A model generated the notes under the pieces. That model was not told the DNA's origin, searched no databases, and saw only the letters and a program-made list of their open reading frames with translations. The position numbers and the translations under genes were made by a program. Of a stretch of 64,000 nucleotides of DNA, positions 40,001 to 52,746 are shown piece by piece. This DNA is from Lytechinus pictus (lineage: Eukaryota), in NCBI RefSeq assembly GCF_037042905.1, contig NC_087245.1, positions 5,334,001-5,398,000 on the forward strand, in the 5' to 3' direction. Within the stretch, counting starts at the first letter, position 1, and each line of letters starts with the position of its first letter.

Positions 40001-43000
40001 CATGAATGCCAACGACATGATCAACAAGAACAATGAAGATAAATACAGTCAAACCTTTCTGAAAAGTCACCTGTCCAGAATGAAAACCTGTCTTTAGTGG
40101 CCACCTAAATTGTCTCCCATGTTAGAGAACCTGTCTAGGAAGAGGACTTTCTTGACAGTAGCCACTATTTATGTTTCATTTGGGTGGTCTTAATAGACAA
40201 GTCTAGATGTTCAAACAAGATTTATATTCAATCACAAACTGTATATGGGTACAAAAGTCATATGGGGGGAAAAGACACCTTTTCATCAAACTTAATACGA
40301 ATGAAGCATTAAGATCATGAAATTGTGTAAAAAATAAAGAGATTGACAAAGAAGAAACTTACGATTTGACTGCTGGTATGTACTGTGCATACCAAGGTAC
40401 AAATATTCTTTTCTGATTGGTTAGGATTCCTTGAAGAATCATTTTAACTGCTCTCTCTGACTTCAAAGGTGCTGGAAATCTGCATGATAATATCAAAACG
40501 AGAGAAATGAATAATGCCGATCATTATAGTAGCCTACATTTAAAGTATGTCAGTGTCAGACTAGACCCTGCCTATACCCCCCCCCCCTGCATGAATTACA
40601 AACATTTTCACTAAATTTCCCACTCAATAGCCCCCTTGGTATCAAGAGGATTGCAATGCCTTTTTTTATTTCACCTTTTTAATCTGTCATAAAAAAAAAA
40701 AGAATTGACTGGAAGATCAAGAATGGTGGAGCATGGTGACCTTTGACCTCTTTTTTTTTGGGGGGGGGGGGGCTAATGATGCTGTATGCCCCCTTTCCTT
40801 TAATCCTGGATCCATTCATTTGTTATTACACAATTTCATACTTGTTTTTGTAATTCATTCAATTTTGTTATACATTTCCTAATTAAGTCCAGTATCTGAC
40901 CATTCCCATTGAGATCCATTCATGAGTCATATCAGCATTGAAAGTGAATGAATCATACTTAAAAAAGAAAAAGAAAAGGAATGCAAATATTATGAATTGA
41001 AAAACAGTGGGGCCAGGGGAAAGATGATTGTCACTGGGTCAGTGGCATACGCAGGGGGGGGGGGGGTTCAGGCGTTCAAACCCACCTTTCAATTTTTTTT
41101 TATACCCAAACCCCCTCCCCTAAGAATTCAAAGCCCCCCTAAAGAAATGTTGAAGATCTCTCTTTCTTTTTTTTTTTTGCTAGTCAAATTTCTTTTGGGT
41201 ACGAAATGACTGATTTTTTTTGGTAAAGACCTTTTTTTGTTTTGTCAACATTTCATTCAACTTGAACCCTTTCAACATTCCTGCCCACACCACTGCACTG
41301 TTTTACCCTTTTTTTTAAATATATATATCATAACATTTTTATTTTGTCACAATGAATTGATATCATAATGAATACCAATCAATTGAATAATAGTTTTTGC
41401 TCTTATTCTCAGGTTATGATAACTTTATCCAGAGGGTAATCATGTTCTGGAAGGCCAGCTTGGAGAAAAGTTCATAAGAGCTGAAGTGGCTACATGTACC
41501 CTGGGTAAATAAGACAACACCACCACCATCATCATCATCATCATCAACAACATTATTATTATTACTACTACTATTATCATTACAATACTATCATCTTCAT
41601 TATTACATTTTAATTTGCCATGGATGGGTAAAGATCATATCCTTCAAAAATTGCTTGGTTATTTGTTTATGAATGAACATGTTATACACTGAAAGCATAT
41701 TCTATGGGATATGGACCGAAACCAACAAGAGATTTGATAGAATGTATTCATGAAACATAAAGACCAGTTTATTAGTCACTATTTTAAAATGTAGAGTGGG
41801 TGTGTATTTTTACATTACAGGTAGCTAGCACATACGTCCTAGACCAAAGGTAAGTCATTTGAAAGTGCCAAAGTTATTTCATTGAATATTTTTTGGCAGA
41901 CATCTTGGTGTGATCATTATGTGGTAATACAATCTATGTCTCCATTTCCGAATATACATGTAAGTGTGAATTTCAATCCCATCAAATAAATTCTGCCCCT
42001 CCCCCAATCTGTATAAAGTGAATTTACCTAGATTTGCATTGAGCAAACATGCCTTCCTCCATGTAAGATGGACAGACTAAGGAAAGATGTACACTTGATA
42101 CTTTCATCTGTTTGAGCTCATAGCCCAATGCCTCTGTAAAGCCAATGATAGCAGACTTGCTGGCGCAGTAGTCAGCGAGGCCATTGACACCGACAAAGCC
42201 TGCCAGACTGGCAATGTTGACAACATGACCCTGCTTCCGGTTCAACATGTCAGGGAGAAAAGCTTTGGTGAGCTGAAAAAGGAAAAAAGGAAATACAAAG
42301 ATAACTAGATTTTAATTCGTCATGCGGACGAATTAGGTGGTCTGTCCTTATTCTCGCCATCATGATCACTATTGCCATGTTCATGGAGATTAATATGATC
42401 TTCATGATGACAACGGAATGTTCATTATGGATGGAATACTTGTGAAAGACGGGAGATGATAAAGCACTGTGAAAAGGGTCTCTTTGATATATGAAAATAC
42501 ATGTGATATGAAAAAAGTAATTATAATCTGTTTTATCTTGCTAACTTTTAACTTTCATACCTTTTAATTATCATAAAGGATCATGTACGAGGTGGTAAAA
42601 AGAAAAAAAAAAGAAAAAAAAAATCATCTTGTTCACCCCAGGACTCGAACCTGCGCCCCCGAGAACGCAAGTCAAGTGCGTTATCCATTGAGCCACGATA
42701 TTCCCCATAGAGATTACACGTAAGCAAATTTGAGAATTGCAAATCCAATTTTGCAAGCGAACAACGGGCATGATCCCGGCATCTGATCAAAAAATGGAGG
42801 GCACACTTCCGAAAGCTTAGAATCTGAGCTACATCATACTAAAAGCTCAGGGATAACTAAGAAGAAAAAATTGAGATATAGCTCACGAAATAGAGGAATG
42901 TAGAATCTAGTTTTGAGAAAAAGTCATGTCCCATAGAGATTACACGCAAAATGAGGAAAAATGACATGCCTCTTTTCATCGCTATTTTACGCCATGATGC

Positions 43001-46000
43001 GTTTTTCAAAATGAAAATTTATGTTAACTGAGGAGGTAGAGTACATTCTGAACTACATTATATCGAAATCTGGGTGAAAAACGATCAATATTTACGGAGT
43101 TATGATCAAATTTGCATAAATTTGATGACGTCATTTTTGAAAAAAATAAAATTTTCAGTTTAGGCGCAATTTTGATGACGTCATGATCAAATTGAGGGAC
43201 AATGGTGACATGAAATCAAATCTACAACTCATACTCTATCGATATATGAAAAAAAAAATTGGGGTCAACGGACTATTTAAAGAGCTACAGTGAATTTTCA
43301 ATAGACATGTTTTTGCCCATATATGGCCTGTAGTGAGAGCTCGCGCGCACACGTGCTGCAAAGTTTAACGGGTGTTAATTTCGTTATTAATGGTCGTAGA
43401 AGGTTGATCAAGGTATCAAATTGCTCAGAATTATATTTATTTGTTTTTTCTCCACTCACCTCTTTTAGATTTACCACATTTGCTTATTTACATGTATACT
43501 ATGGTTTCTTCATAATACACCCCCTCTCTTCTATATTTGCTTTTACCTTTTTAGGCAATTTGCTTCCTCTTTTTCACATATACAGATTTTTTTTCTTTCC
43601 TACTATATAGTCTTATGTTTTTTCCCGTCACACCTAGCGGATTACCATATCAGTTACACCATATGTGTATATATTTATATATTTTTTCATATACATTTCT
43701 TTTTTGGATATATTTATATACATATCACTTATAGATACATATTTACACTTACCTTCTTCTCTTAGTTTGTTTAATGCTTTATCATATATACTTATATGTC
43801 TTTTGCACATTATCAGTTGTTCCCCATTCTTTTTCTTCTTTCCCCCCCCCCCCCTCTTATGCACCAGTTTATTAAGCCTTTCTTTGTAACCTGTTTGACC
43901 CACCTCTCACTAATTCTCTAGTTATTCATCCCTCTATCACTGTTTTGTTCCAGATCCTGTTTGATGTTGCCTGCCTCATTATCTTAATCCCTCTTGGCCT
44001 TACTTACACTAACTTCCCTTTGTGTCTGCCTACTCCTTTTCTTTCATCCCCTTCACTAACCTGATTGGTCTTCTCTACTCCCTAATGCCCCTTTTGTCTC
44101 CTTGTTTCTAGTGTTGCTGTAGCTTGTTTGTGGTCTATATTATGGTTGTTCCACTTTATATGTTTGTCATTTTGCCTCCGACGAAGATTCTGCTAGGATC
44201 GAAAGCTTAGGCCCCTTTTTGACTTTAGAATTATATTATCAATGCAATGAAATTTTAAAAAATGGTGTTTCTGCGTTGCGTTATGGCGTTACGCGCGGAA
44301 AACGCGCGCGCATATGTGCGCGCGTGCAAATTTTTGAAATGCTTAAAATGACTTGAAACGTACCCAAAAAATGTTATAGGCCATTTGGAGAATTTGTTTA
44401 GCTTTGACGCGCGCATACGCGCGCGTCTTGACCTTTACATGACATTTGATGACATTGACAGATGACTTTTAACCTAAAGTTTATGTGATGTAAATATGGT
44501 TGATTATTGATGATCCAATATGTTGATATGATCAAATTGAGAATTTTACAAAATGGCGCGTAGATGACGTCATCATAATCGGATGACCTTGAAAAGCTTA
44601 GTATGCCGTCTCTATGATAGATAGACTCTATACATGACAGAAAAATCAGCCAAATTGATTCCGCCACTTCGGAGAAAAGTTGGCGACAAACATAGGTGCT
44701 AAAAATAAATAAATAAATAATAAAGAAAATTCTGACGAAATTAAGAGGTGATCTGTCATAGACAGACCACCTAATAATTTGAAGTACTATATGTATGCTG
44801 GACTATTATTGGTGAGGCAGTGGAACACTTTGTTAGATCCTCTTTCAATCACAGTTGGGAATTCATCTGCAGAGCCAAAGAATAAGCAACAACTTACAAT
44901 TAAAATGATCATGTTTTGCACATGGCCATGCGTCTTGAACTCGTACCATTGGTGTTATGTCGCCCAAATCTAATGATAGCACATCTATCAGTATAAAAAT
45001 GATTATAGCCTTATAGGAGTCAAAAATGCATAAAAACTGAGGAAGAGTGAACTGCTCACAAGTTATGAATGGTCAATTTTTAGGACCCCCAATATACTTT
45101 ATTTCAGACAACCATATTTGTTTTCTCTTTGCCCATACCATGAATTAGTTTTCAGATTTATATTGCTCAAGAAATTCCCTTTCAAATGATCATAACTTAT
45201 GGGGATTTAATAATTTCATCTTGAGGTAATTTGCAAAATTTATGTTAATTTCAAATATCGAAAACCAACATGTTTAAACAAGTTTTACCCTAAATTTCGA
45301 ATAAATCATGATTAATTAATAATTGTATGATGTGTATAGAGGTGTCTTATTAAACCTGATATTTAGCTGTAAAATTAGAGCAAAATCAAAGGCCACTCCA
45401 GCCCCTTGGAAACCAAAGTTATACAAGTTTAATACTAGCAATACAACAATCCCATAGAGTTGCATGTAATGTGTACTGCTTCCACCACCCCTCAACACCC
45501 CTTGTTTTATTCATTTTATCAAACAAAGTGACTCAAATTTTTATGCATATAAGCTTAAACTCAGCTTTCAAATTCAATTCCATAATGATACGTCTCCATT
45601 CAGCCAAGAAAATCACGTCATAAATTGTTCTCATGGGAGAATTTTTGTGTTTTTATATAGAATTTTAGGGAGTTTTTAAATTAATTATCGCTAATTCAAA
45701 TTACTTAACTGAAATAAATTGTCAAGAGTGTTAAATATTATACTACTCACTTCAAGCTTTAAAATGAGACAAAACTTAGGTCTCTAGCCCCCTATATACC
45801 AAAGTTATTCATGTTCAAAATATGAAACGTGACTTTCTCAGACTTTGTGTACACATGTATACCCCCCCCGATCATTGCCATTTTTCGTTCTATCAATCGC
45901 AGTGTAGCGAATGTACGTGCTATCGTGCTCATTTTTATGGACATGATAGAGTATATATTTTGCTTTAAAATGATACCAATTTGATGACCTCATCTGTCCA

Positions 46001-48751
46001 TTCAACCGAGATATCGCACGCTAAACTGAATAAAAATTGAAAAAGCGTAACAAAACCACCATTTTGGGGGGGGGCGAGTTCGAGACGTATGGCCATACGA
46101 TCAGGTAAATTTATTCTCATTTGTTTGCTATCATGACTTTTTCACTTTTCATGCAGGATTGCAATGGCTGTATAGAAACTAATTTACAACATTTCGAAAA
46201 TACTCAGAGATGAGAAATGATGACCCTTTTTCTTAAAAAAAGCGAGGGGAGCTCTCAAGATTATACAGGCTATAGATAGAATGATCAATATTGTAAGAGC
46301 AATCTATCATTTCACTGTAAAGTTTCTCTCACAACTTCTTTTTAATCTCAACCAATCATCAGATTGATAAAGGGAACGGATGCACTGTAATTTTGTAATT
46401 TAATCAATGCAATAGAATTAATGTACAGCGGAAGTAATAATTTGAACAATAAAAATATCATTCCGAATGCCACCAGCATTTCAAGTTTTGCATTGAGGTA
46501 TTTATTAAGGACAAGTCCACCCCAGAAAATAGTTGATTTGAATAAGAAGAGAAAAATCCAAAAAGCATAACGCTGAAAATCAGATGTAAAATAAGAAAGT
46601 TATATTTTTCAAATTTCACTTACCGGTAATTTCACATAACAATTATATGCACATCCTGGTCGGTATGCAAATGAGCGGACTGATGACATCACCCACTCAC
46701 TATTTCTTTTGAATTTTATTATACTGTATGAAATATGAATTATTCTTATTGGCTCCTCATTGTCATGTGACACAAAGTTTTATCCACCTGAACATGTGGA
46801 ATTAGCATTGTTTGACATTTTATGGTTAAGTCAAGTATGTCCTTATATAGTCAAATCTGTAAAAATGGAAATACTGTATAAAAAAAAAAAAAATAGTGAG
46901 GGACGTCATTGACTCTCTCATTTGCATATCACTGAGATGTGCATTAACCATTTGTGAAAAATAAGCGAAACTTTTGAATGTCATAACTTTCTTATTTTAC
47001 ATCCGATTTGATGAAATTTTTAACATTAAATGCTTGTTTGATTTAATAAACAATTTTCTGGGGTCGACTTGACCTCTATTCTAACACTGAATTTATTCAG
47101 TCTCTGTAGATAAACTCAATCACACAGGTAAAATGGGACCCCCCCCCCTTCATTTGCTTTGTTTCCGTCATTTATGTATTCATATAGAATTACAGAAAAC
47201 ATAATTTTTAATTCAAATGACAAGGTAGGCCTCCACTAATAAAATAGAGTACTAGTATACACAATTTCATTTATCTTGAGAGTTTTACAACTTGAGCCAT
47301 GGTCATAACAGTCATTCATCTCCTTAGTAAAAACAAAGATTGGGTCGATTTGCAATTTTGCTTTGCTAATCCATAGATCTAATTCAGCTTATCATTATTT
47401 TTCATGTACATGTACCATTAAGGGTGTGGTTCTATATTGCAAAGCAGGAAATGAAAAGATATCTTGAAGGCTAAGCTCGGTCAGATTACAGACCGACTTA
47501 AATAAACCCTGATATCTCACATACTCCATTGGTAATCCAAGGCCCACACATACAAATAAATACTGAATCTATTAATGTCAGAGTATGTTTTAAAAATGGA
47601 ACAGAACTTCAAGTAAATACCGGTATTGAGATCTCCATGCAAACCCACATGTATAGCCAAGATTTTTCTTTATTTTGAAAAAAAAATGACAATTTGAATA
47701 CATACTGTCTTCAGTACCCTCCAACATTCCACAACTCACCAAAATTTCCTGCATTTGGTGAGGCCAATGAATATTGTTTTAATGATAGTGAAGATTTGAA
47801 CTTTGAATTATTTTCATCTAGTGCCCTATCTCACTCTCAGTAACCATTTTAGTTTTCTTTAAAAAAATTGCCCTTTATATGTTTAATGCACTTTATCCAA
47901 CTTTAAAAGTAAATGGATATCACAAACAATCTATTCAATGCTTGATAAATTAAATGGTAAATTTTATATGCATAATCATAATAGGGCACCAGATTAAAAT
48001 AAATGAATCTGTCATAAATTCAAAAAAATTATCCAATCATTCAAACACATTTTATTTCATATCCTCCACCGTTTTAGCCTTTCACTTTCAGGGCATAGAG
48101 TCTATGAGCATTTAGACTAGTGACACTGCAGTTGACGGACACAATTTACATGTAGCAAACTTCATTAAAAGTTAACAAGTTAAAGTAGGTTATGACTTTT
48201 GAAATAAAGATAAATTGATGTACCCAAATATATGCCATGGTATTCACTTCAAAGACCTTCTCTATAGCACTATCTGAACACTGTAGCACTGGTTTTCCAC
48301 TCAAAGTAGCAGCATTATTTATCAATATATCGACGTGTCCAATGTCACGTTTAATTTGAGCTACAACTGAATATAAGTCTGTTTTTCTACTCAAATCGCA
48401 GTAGTATGCATGAGCACTTCTCCCTTTGCTGCACAGTTCCTCTGCCAATAATTTATTTCCTTCAATATCTATGTCCAGCAAGACAAGCTGAGCACCTCTC
48501 CTGGCGAACTCTTGGGCCAGCAGTCGCCCTAGTCCATTCGCTGAGCCGGTGATCAAAACAGTACGTCCATACACGTACTTGGGACTGGCAGGAAAGACGA
48601 ATCGGTAGAAGCTGCAAACAACATGGTAAATCATGCGACAAAACAGGACTATCACTTCAATCAATAATGACAAACAGTGATAAAAATATCCTAAGGGTAG
48701 TGAATTGTCTGAAAGATGTTCTTCCACAGACTGTCTCTCGGTTTCGGCCAT
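33969..48751 (-). CDS. Short-chain dehydrogenase/reductase, SDR16C family (epidermal retinol dehydrogenase 2 / RDH10 / HSD17B11-like), 328 aa
   Basis: Exons 48751-48224, 42272-42028, 40479-40363, 34065-33969 (987 nt, GT/AG, phases 0,2,2). N-terminal hydrophobic anchor, TGSANGLG Rossmann motif, LLDID, NNAA, IASLAG, YCASK. Confidence 0.92.
36581..36692. repeat. 20-bp tandem repeat GTGTCGTACGGGACACTTGT (~5.5 copies; dispersed copies at ~36027, 36194, 36391, 36415)
   Basis: Direct inspection. Confidence 0.9.
37527..38120. repeat. 153-154-bp tandem repeat, ~4 copies
   Basis: GAAAGTTCATTGACCTTTGACCTT recurs at 37527, 37680, 37833 and 37987. Confidence 0.95.
38309..39152. mobile_element. Non-autonomous hAT element
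   Basis: 8-bp TSD TTACTCTT (38301-38308, 39153-39160); TIR CAGGGGCGTAGATCC / GGATCGACGCCTCTG (13/15). Confidence 0.9.
40046..40210. mobile_element. Degenerate Tc1/pogo-type MITE
   Basis: TA|CAGTCAAACCT... start, repeated G(G/T)CACC motifs, degraded inverted right end. Confidence 0.45.
40363..40479 (-). CDS. SDR16C-like coding exon 3 (FPAPLKSERAVKMILQGILTNQKRIFVPWYAQYIPAVK)
   Basis: atgcag| and TC|GTAAGT; phase-consistent. Confidence 0.88.
41040..41295. mobile_element. Degenerate hAT-like MITE
   Basis: CAGTGGCATACGCAGG / CCTGCCCACACCACTG; flanks CACTGGGT / CACTGTTT (6/8). Confidence 0.6.
42028..42272 (-). CDS. SDR16C-like coding exon 2 (LTKAFLPDML...YCASK...CP)
   Basis: Catalytic S and YxxxK; ttttcag| and AG|GTAAAT. 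Confidence 0.95.
42631..42704 (-). pseudogene. tRNA-derived (Arg-like) segment / SINE head, not a functional tRNA
   Basis: A box TGGCTCAATGG, D-arm GGATAACGC, B box GGTTCGAGTCC, downstream T-run; acceptor and anticodon stems do not pair. Confidence 0.65.
43438..44226 (+). mobile_element. Non-coding Penelope-like retroelement fragment with terminal hammerhead motif
   Basis: 11-bp direct repeat AGAATTATATT on both flanks (43427-43437, 44227-44237); pyrimidine-rich body; hammerhead motif at 44174-44212. Confidence 0.7.
44174..44212 (+). ncRNA. Minimal type-I hammerhead ribozyme motif (U4C variant)
   Basis: GCCT-CCGACGA-A-GATTC(TGCTA)GGATC-GAAAG-CTT-AGGC: stem I GCCT/AGGC, 5-bp stem II with one G-U pair, palindromic AGCT stem III. 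Confidence 0.6.
44922..46096. mobile_element. Non-autonomous TIR DNA element, 1.2 kb
   Basis: ATGGCCATGCGTCTTGAACTCG / CGAGTTCGAGACGTATGGCCAT (20/22 inverted); superfamily uncertain. Confidence 0.7.
46506..47075. mobile_element. Kolobok-like MITE (same family as 59577-60943; fragments near 35047-35357, 21545 and 100-600)
   Basis: AGGACAAGTCCACCCCAG / CTGGGGTCGACTTGACCT, with internally palindromic arms. Confidence 0.7.
48224..48751 (-). CDS. SDR16C-like coding exon 1
   Basis: TGxxxGxG, CDLS, DILINNAA; donor TGG|GTACAT. Confidence 0.93.
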
Positions 48752-50084
48752 TTTTAAAGCCCTCGCAATAACAGCTGTATTTAATCACAATACCCGGTAT
48801 GTTCGGACCATACATAGATATGCTCGGACGTTTTTGCATACCGTATATGCGATTGCAAGATTAAAAGCACACTTAATAATATAATACGATCCGCGAGCTC
48901 CGAATATAAACAAAAGTGGACGAAACATTAACAGATGTGGGTCACAGTTCAAATGTCATCGGAAATGACCTACTTAAAAAAAACAATTTGGGACGTTGGC
49001 TTCGAAATCAAATTTAGATACAATACCCCGATAGGGCAAAAAAAAATAAGGTCTTCATTTTCAAACACTTCTGTTCCAACGGCATTTTTACATTACAACT
49101 TTTAATTGTGCCTCTTACAATGGGGGGGGGGGGGGGGGCACGGGCCGGCTTTGCCCCCTCCCCCCGGATCCGCCAGTGCTTTTGATCTTGCTCCTGGTCC
49201 GGGACTCTATTGCCTGTAATTCCCGACCAAAGTCAAAGGTATAAATTCTCGTAGCTCAGATATGTTGCCGAGTTATAGCTTCTTAAATTCATCAGGCACA
49301 GCACACAATATTAACGTTTCCCCCGGGTCTTTTGAAGTGAACCCTGCAAGGCTGCAAGCAAATACCTTATTTCAATCATAGCTCCATTGATTCATAGTGG
49401 AAATTACTCTTCTACCTATTGTGCCCCTTCGCCTCCCGCCCTTCCCCTCTGATCAAGAGCCAATTTGAGTATTCTCCATATTCTCTTACTTACTTCTGGT
49501 AAATGCCTCTTTTTCTAGTTTGTTTGAAATTTCCAGTTAGCATCCTGTCCTTTCTGCAGGGGTAAGCGGATTAACCGGGGGCAGCTAGTATAGGATCGAG
49601 TACTTTAATAGGGGAATCCAACCAAAATAAAAACTCGTTAAAAAGAACATCAGAAAAGTTGATAGTGGAATTAAATTTGAACATTATCAGAAAAACTTTT
49701 GAATTTTCAAAAGGTGTAAAAATTGGTAATCACTATACCCAAGGACTGACTTACAATTGGCCGCATAATTGTGATGTCATGGTGATTTAAGGCAAGGGCT
49801 ACTCTTCCATGTACTCCAATACATAAAATGGCTAAAATTTCATTTTTTTTTTCAAGAGTTATACTTCAAATCATATTTTTCTTTCATATGAGGACATAAC
49901 TGCTTACAACAAATTATTTGTTGTAATCTTATTTTCTGCCCTTTTTTTCTTTTTTTTTTACCTTGTAAATGTGATTATTTGTGATTTCTTCAATCTCATT
50001 GAATAACTGTAAATATTGTAATCTGATCTGATTCTTAATAAAAACATAAATACAAAAAAATATATACTACCTGGGTTATACTTA

Positions 50085-50545
50085 GATTACTGCCCCAGGG
50101 GAATGGGTACTTTATAGGAGAAAACCACAATAAGTGTAACCATTATGACAAGGGGCAAGGACAACTTTCCCATATAGGCCATGTACTTAATTATTGTGGT
50201 TTTCTCTTAAGTACCCATTCCCCTGGAGGGTTACCCTTCGTAATTCCGAAGATTCGTTATTCCGAAGGTTCGTTATTCCAAAGGTTCGTAATTCCGAATT
50301 GCCTATACCTCGATGTTCGTAACAAAAAATGGCTTGTTAATCCGAACATTATTTGTGGTGTTATTCCGAAGGTTGTCAGTTCAAAAACGAAATAACGTTC
50401 GTTGTTCCGAAGGTTCGATAATCCGAAAACAAAATAAGGTTCGATAATCCGAAAACAAAATAAGGTTCGTTTTTCCGAAGGTGCGTTCATCCGAAAACGA
50501 AATAAGGTTCGTTGTTCCGAAAATTCGGTAATCCGAAAAATGAAA
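50085..50545. repeat. Foldback arm pair (50085-50226) followed by a 15-bp-subunit MITE (TTCGT..TCCGAAGG)n
   Basis: CCAGGGGAATGGGTACTT..GAGAAAACCACAATAA / TTATTGTGGTTTTCTC..AAGTACCCATTCCCCTGG, then repeated GGTTCGTTATTCCGAA. Confidence 0.75.
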
Positions 50546-51351
50546 TAATCGGTGGCAAAGCCGGAAAAACTGGAAGGGTAAGCATGGTAAGCGTGGCAGG
50601 GAGGGGGGGGGGGAGAAACATCGTTGCTGTTCAATTGTTATGAGGATGGGGAGGCAAAAGGAAGGGTGGCGTATAGCAAAGAGGAGTAAAGTAGAGCAAA
50701 GCCTTTTTACTTTTACCTTACTAAAAATAACTGATAATAGAGTGATCCATCCGTATATTTTTAGTTCTCTGTGCGTTTCAAATTATCCAAATTGTAAAAC
50801 ACTTTGAAATGAATTCAATGAGAAGCTATATAAGATTAAGTTATTATTATCATTTTATCATAGTATCATTATTATTGTTATTATTATTTTTATTATCATC
50901 ATTATTATTATTATCATCATTATTATTTCATAATCATTATTAATTATTGTTATCATCATCATCGTCATTACATAAAGTATAAGTGCATTATATAGATCAA
51001 GCTTTTGATACTTTAAATTATTCATCAGAAGCTCCAAACCTCTCAAACTAAAGAAAACAAAACAAAAAACTTTTTTTATCCCTACTGTAATTTCATTTTT
51101 TTTTTAAATAAGTTTTACTGCACAATTTTATGGCCAACATGCACAAGAAATTGTGTTTTACGGGTTAAAATTTGAAATGAATGTCCGCTTGGTCGTTTCG
51201 CATATAAATTGGCTGCGGAACAATTTTGAAATGGAAAGGGGGGGGGGCTACGAATGCATTACATCACAATTTGATGGGATTTCCACTTTTTCACATGAAG
51301 TTTGCTGGAAAAATATGCATGTGTGTTTCGGGATGGGGTCCTAGACCCCTG

Positions 51352-52746
51352 CAAGGGCGGCGGAACCGGGGGGCGCACAGAGGAAGGGGGAGGGGCACTT
51401 GCCCCCCCCCCCATAAAATTCCTCGGAAATTTTTTTTTTTTTTTTCAAAATGGAAAGTGCATGCCCTTTTTCAAAATGAAATACCATTTTTGAAATACAC
51501 TGTAAAACACAATACAAATACAATACAAACACAATACAGGTTAGAAAATTACAAAATTGTTGGCTCGCGCTTCGCGCTCGCATCAATAATTGTTTAGTAA
51601 GGTACTCATTCTGTCCTTGGTTACAAAAATGCTCAGAATGTCCAGTTTTCAGGTTGGAATATCACAAATTTTTTGGCTCGCATCAATTATTGTTTAATAT
51701 GGTACTTATTTTGTTCTTGGTTACAAAATGGCTTAGAATGTCCAGTTTTCAGATTGGAATAACACAGATTTTTGGCACGCGTTTTACGCTCGCATCAATA
51801 ATGGTTTAATATGGAACTTAATTTGTTCTTGGTTACACAAAGTGTTAGAATGTCCAGCTTTCAGGTTTGAATATCATTATTTTTTTGCTTGCGTTTTGCG
51901 ATCGCATCAATTATTGTCAGGGGTGGAGATCCTGGGGGCCGGAGGCACAGTGCCCCCACTTTTTTAAGTACTGAAAAGGTGCCATTTTTACGCAAGAAAA
52001 ATTCCCCATCACGAAGGTGTACTGTGCCCTTTTCACCCGAGGAGGATTCGTTTTATGCCGTTAGCAAGTGTTCCTATGTGCCTTCTTATAGGTGCCCTTT
52101 CTCGAATCAGTGCCCCTTTTTACCCAAGAAAAGTGCCCCTCACGAACGTGTTCTGTGCCTCTTTCACCTGAAAATGACCCGTTTTATGTGTAAACGAGTG
52201 CCCCTTACATTTCTCATAGGTGCCTGTTCTTCATACAAGTTGTCTTATAAAAAACACTTTTTTTCGTGCCCGATGAGCATCCAGTTTCTTTATTTAGCGT
52301 TCTGCTTCCTATTGCAAGTGCATCCTTTAATCGCACAATCCCTTTAATAATAAGCGTGATATGCCCCTTTCGCTACTTCGTTTTCATTTGATAATGAAAT
52401 TCGTCCTTTTTAAGCTCTAATAACTAAATGCCCTATTTTAATATGTCCTTATTTACTTTTTATGTCCCTTTTAGTTTGTTCAAAATGTTCAGTCTGTTAA
52501 TGCTCTGGTGGCGTCCGTTTGCCTCTGGAGTAATGTGTGCCTGTTACATGATTCTGGATAAACACATTTTAAATCACAGCCATTGCCAACAAAATTGTCA
52601 ACAGGAACAGCCAGTGTTTGCAATACTAAGTGGGGTTAGATAAGTAATTTTGTCCCTTTGTTTTAAGATAGTGCCCTTTTCGAAAGAAAATGTGCCCTTT
52701 TCCCCTGTGCCCTCTCCCCACTTTCAACTTCGCTCCGCCGCCCTTG
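51352..52746. mobile_element. Composite non-autonomous hAT-like element
   Basis: Perfect 13-bp TIR CAAGGGCGGCGGA / TCCGCCGCCCTTG; flanks GACCCCTG / GACCCTGT; ~110-bp tandem subrepeats; a second left end CAGGGGTGGAGATCC at 51918 followed by many GTGCCC motifs. Confidence 0.8.

Larger units (their letters stand above)
42304..44777 (-). mobile_element. Helentron-type non-autonomous element (HINE-like)
   Basis: Perfect 15-bp subterminal IR ATTAGGTGGTCTGTC (42332-42346) / GACAGACCACCTAAT (44761-44775), adjacent short IR and (TTTA)n at the 5' end, hairpin AATTCGTC-ATGCG-GACGAATT and CTAGTT at the 3' end. Confidence 0.8.

Noticed and set aside
42631..42704. Functional tRNA gene
   Set aside because: Acceptor and anticodon stems do not pair; embedded in a transposon.
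48300..48325. NNAA instead of the canonical SDR NNAG motif as a sign of pseudogenisation
   Set aside because: Single conservative change; cofactor motif, catalytic S/Y/K and reading frame are intact.
50257..52347. ORFs of 123-152 aa in the 50-52 kb region
   Set aside because: They fall within MITE subrepeats and show no recognisable domain.
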